DNA from: Candidatus Melainabacteria bacterium
GTDB taxonomy: Bacteria > Cyanobacteriota > Vampirovibrionia > Obscuribacterales > Obscuribacteraceae
NCBI GenBank assembly: GCA_014380105.1
Contig: JACMKL010000106.1
Span: 1-28,562, forward strand
Direction: 5' to 3'
DNA: 28,562 nt
In this document: positions 26,281-28,562 of the stretch, one piece after another
How the letters are laid out: each line of letters starts with the position of its first letter
How positions within the stretch are numbered: the first letter of the stretch is position 1
Made by a program: the position numbers and the translations under genes
The notes under the pieces: generated by a model
Told to the model about the DNA's origin: nothing
The model's input: the letters and a program-made list of their open reading frames with translations, nothing else
The model's database searches: none

Positions 26281-28560
26281 CTAGTGAAGGGAAGTGCGAA
26301 AAGCAAGGGGATTGAAATCGAGCGTGCTAATTTCAAGTTTCAGATCCTTTATTTCGAGCCTACTGCCGCTCTTCTCCGGAAAGAATGAAACATTGATAGT
26401 GTTAATGTCGCCACCAATCAAAGATGGCATTAGAGGAAAGCTGTAATCGAAAGTGGTCATCTCTCTATTAGAAGGCAGGGTGCGCGGCAGCCAGCGCACT
26501 GGATAGGGCAGGTTTCGACCATTTTTCTTACCCACATAAAGAACTACTACAGGCTGAACCTTTGTGGGTTTCTCCGAAGCAGATGTGCCATGCAATCGCA
26601 TAATTGCCATCTCATTATGGAAGTTCTTCAAATTTACATGCATCGAAAAATCACGACGCATTCCAGGCTCAACGAAATATTGCTGCTGTGGCAAATCATC
26701 GATAGACACTATCGGTTTAGCGGCCTGCCCCTCAGCCAGAGGAGCCGTGAGTAGCAATATGGAATAGGCACCCGAGTGATATTTCGGCTCACGAATAGAT
26801 ACAGAAGACTCTGAGTGATTACTCATATTGATTCTGAAATCGTATCGCGGGCAGGTCAATTCTTTGTCGCTTTCTACTCCGTAAAATGCCTTCTCCCACG
26901 ATGAAGAATCGACAGAAGGCAATATGGCAGTGCCGTTTTTATTGACATGAGCGCCAAAAATTCTGATTGGAAGTTTGCCATCTTTGTTTTCAATTTCAAT
27001 ATCAAAGCGTCCAGCTGTTTTTGCAGTATTCACTACATCCGGTGGCACGCGCAGCCAGTACCACTGTCTTAAATCGAGATTGCTCAAATCAGCAGAAACG
27101 GTCATACAATCGTAGATCCATTCGCACTCATAATAGAGTTCGCTCTTGCCGTTTTGCTTGATAGCGGAGAAATCCTGAGTAAGTGAGATGCCGGGAATTA
27201 GCGCATTCTCGATTTGTTTACCATTGACTGTAATTCGTCCGCTCTGGCTCAGCGCCCGAGATCCGGCCGTATCTACCAGGATATAGGCAGCTTGATGGGT
27301 AAGCTTTTCTCGTTCGCCTGCCGATAATTTTATTGTCTGCGAAATTTTGTCGTTAGCATTTTTAAGCGTAGTCACCCACTCACCAATTCTCCCGTTAGCG
27401 CGGACAGGCAGGGAGGCAAGTAAAACAGTGACTACGGCACATGCGGCAAAACTTCGCCGTGGCAAGCGCCCAGCCATTTTGCTCAATCCGGATAATTCAT
27501 ACAGGTAGGCGAAAAATACTATGCCAAAAGCAATTTTTGCAATGCTCAAATAAGCCGCAGCCAGCAAAACATTGCCACCACTCAAAATTAAAATTCCGCC
27601 TGGTTCTGCGACTCTCGCCACCAGGAAAAAGGCAATTGCTGACAAAACCACCTTTATATATGCCGGATAATTTCTGTAAGCGAGTCCGAAAACTGCAGAT
27701 GCTCCAGCTGCTGCAAACAAAATCAGAGCAGGGGTTTCCGTCAAGTTGTATCTCGGGACTGTAATGAATAGCCAATACAAACAGTGCGCCAAAAAATACA
27801 GGAAGACAAAATATCTAGCATGCTGAACGCCACTATCTTGAGGCGTCCCTATTTTGCGTTTGACTAAAGTGAGACAAATTCCGCAGGCAAACAAGCACAG
27901 TAGCACTTGATGGTAGAGAACCTGACTCCAAAACGAAAACGGTCCAATTGATGTCCGGAAATCATTCCAGGGAAATTTCAGAAGGCGTTGAGGCTTATCC
28001 GTCATCAGCTTGAAAAAACGTTCCGGGCTTCTTTTGAAATTCTCCGAGAGGACTTTCAGTGCAGGTTTTGACTCTACGCCCCGACCGTCTGGATAGGGAT
28101 ACGACAGCCATCCACTGATATCACTATTGGTGCCCACAAATAAATTGTAATTTCCAACTCGATCAACGACCAGGCTGGACTTTCCAAAAATTACTCTCTG
28201 CGCCATCAGCCAGGGCAGGACGATACAGCACATTCCTAGCAACAGGACAAATACTTTTGCTTTTGGACTACGATTGCGCTCATGGAAGAAGGTCAGTGGT
28301 AAAGCAGCAATTGAAAGTATCACCATCACAGATCGGCTCATCTGCAAAATAGCCAGGGCAGCCCCCAAGAACAAGATATGCAGCCGTCTTCGATTACCAC
28401 CAGTAAAGCCGATACACAAACTAAAAATGATAAAACAACAAATCGAAGTAGCAAAACTTTCAGTGTAGAGCCGTCCCGAATTAACGATATAAGCGGGATA
28501 AAATGCGGAAAGAAAACCTGCAAAAATCCCCGCACGAGCGCTCCAGACTCGCGCGCCGGT
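26281..28560 (-). CDS. PMT_2/ArnT-like GT-C glycosyltransferase with large periplasmic domain; 5' end beyond the window
   Basis: I extended the frame upstream of 28419 by hand and it stays open to the edge: TGARVWSARAGIFAGFLSAFYPAYIVNSGRLYTESFATS, a typical GT-C loop. Also PWLMAQR, GNYNLFVG, VPRYNL. Confidence 0.8.
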   Translation of the reverse strand, partial: TGARVWSARAGIFAGFLSAFYPAYIVNSGRLYTESFATSICCFIIFSLCIGFTGGNRRRLHILFLGAALAILQMSRSVMVILSIAALPLTFFHERNRSPKAKVFVLLLGMCCIVLPWLMAQRVIFGKSSLVVDRVGNYNLFVGTNSDISGWLSYPYPDGRGVESKPALKVLSENFKRSPERFFKLMTDKPQRLLKFPWNDFRTSIGPFSFWSQVLYHQVLLCLFACGICLTLVKRKIGTPQDSGVQHARYFVFLYFLAHCLYWLFITVPRYNLTETPALILFAAAGASAVFGLAYRNYPAYIKVVLSAIAFFLVARVAEPGGILILSGGNVLLAAAYLSIAKIAFGIVFFAYLYELSGLSKMAGRLPRRSFAACAVVTVLLASLPVRANGRIGEWVTTLKNANDKISQTIKLSAGEREKLTHQAAYILVDTAGSRALSQSGRITVNGKQIENALIPGISLTQDFSAIKQNGKSELYYECEWIYDCMTVSADLSNLDLRQWYWLRVPPDVVNTAKTAGRFDIEIENKDGKLPIRIFGAHVNKNGTAILPSVDSSSWEKAFYGVESDKELTCPRYDFRINMSNHSESSVSIREPKYHSGAYSILLLTAPLAEGQAAKPIVSIDDLPQQQYFVEPGMRRDFSMHVNLKNFHNEMAIMRLHGTSASEKPTKVQPVVVLYVGKKNGRNLPYPVRWLPRTLPSNREMTTFDYSFPLMPSLIGGDINTINVSFFPEKSGSRLEIKDLKLEISTLDFNPLAFRTSLH

Positions 28561-28562
28561 CA

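Noticed and set aside
28338-28535. Apparent frameshift or separate 65-aa ORF at the 5' end of the last gene
   Set aside because: The 26281 frame is open to the window edge and encodes a good GT-C motif (FYPAY..GRLYTES); the gene is simply cut by the window.
8394-28562. Glycan locus as a mobile island, prophage or defence system
   Set aside because: No integrase, transposase, tRNA, att-like repeat or defence-family motif seen, and housekeeping sbcD is interspersed. GC and codon skew could not be computed.

Overview
This is a gene-dense bacterial window with no mobile element, CRISPR array, rRNA or tRNA that I can recognise. The cyanobacterial-type Ycf52/NSI GNAT and the style of the secreted proteins suggest a non-photosynthetic cyanobacterial relative such as Vampirovibrionia/Melainabacteria; this is inference. 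The left ~8.4 kb holds a five-gene minus-strand operon (secreted repeat protein, Gld-type ABC ATPase, GldF/GldG-like permease, DUF1080-like protein, HExxH lipoprotein), then rplI, a Ycf52-like GNAT, rlmD and a CDF transporter without its C-terminal domain. The right ~20 kb is a cell-surface glycan locus interrupted by sbcD. It contains four GT-C-fold membrane glycosyltransferases, one GT2, two paralogous GT4-like proteins (one missing its nucleotide-sugar domain), Wzm/Wzt, a SAM methyltransferase, a lipoprotein, two DUF4915/TIGR03032 beta-propellers and a sulfotransferase-fold protein. The best candidate for a new system is the tightly coupled GT2 - TIGR03032 - sulfotransferase-fold operon (8394-11341). 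All three proteins have replaced canonical donor-binding or catalytic residues, and both DUF4915 proteins carry His motifs resembling PAPS-independent arylsulfate sulfotransferases. Family calls come from motif recognition by eye, not database searches.
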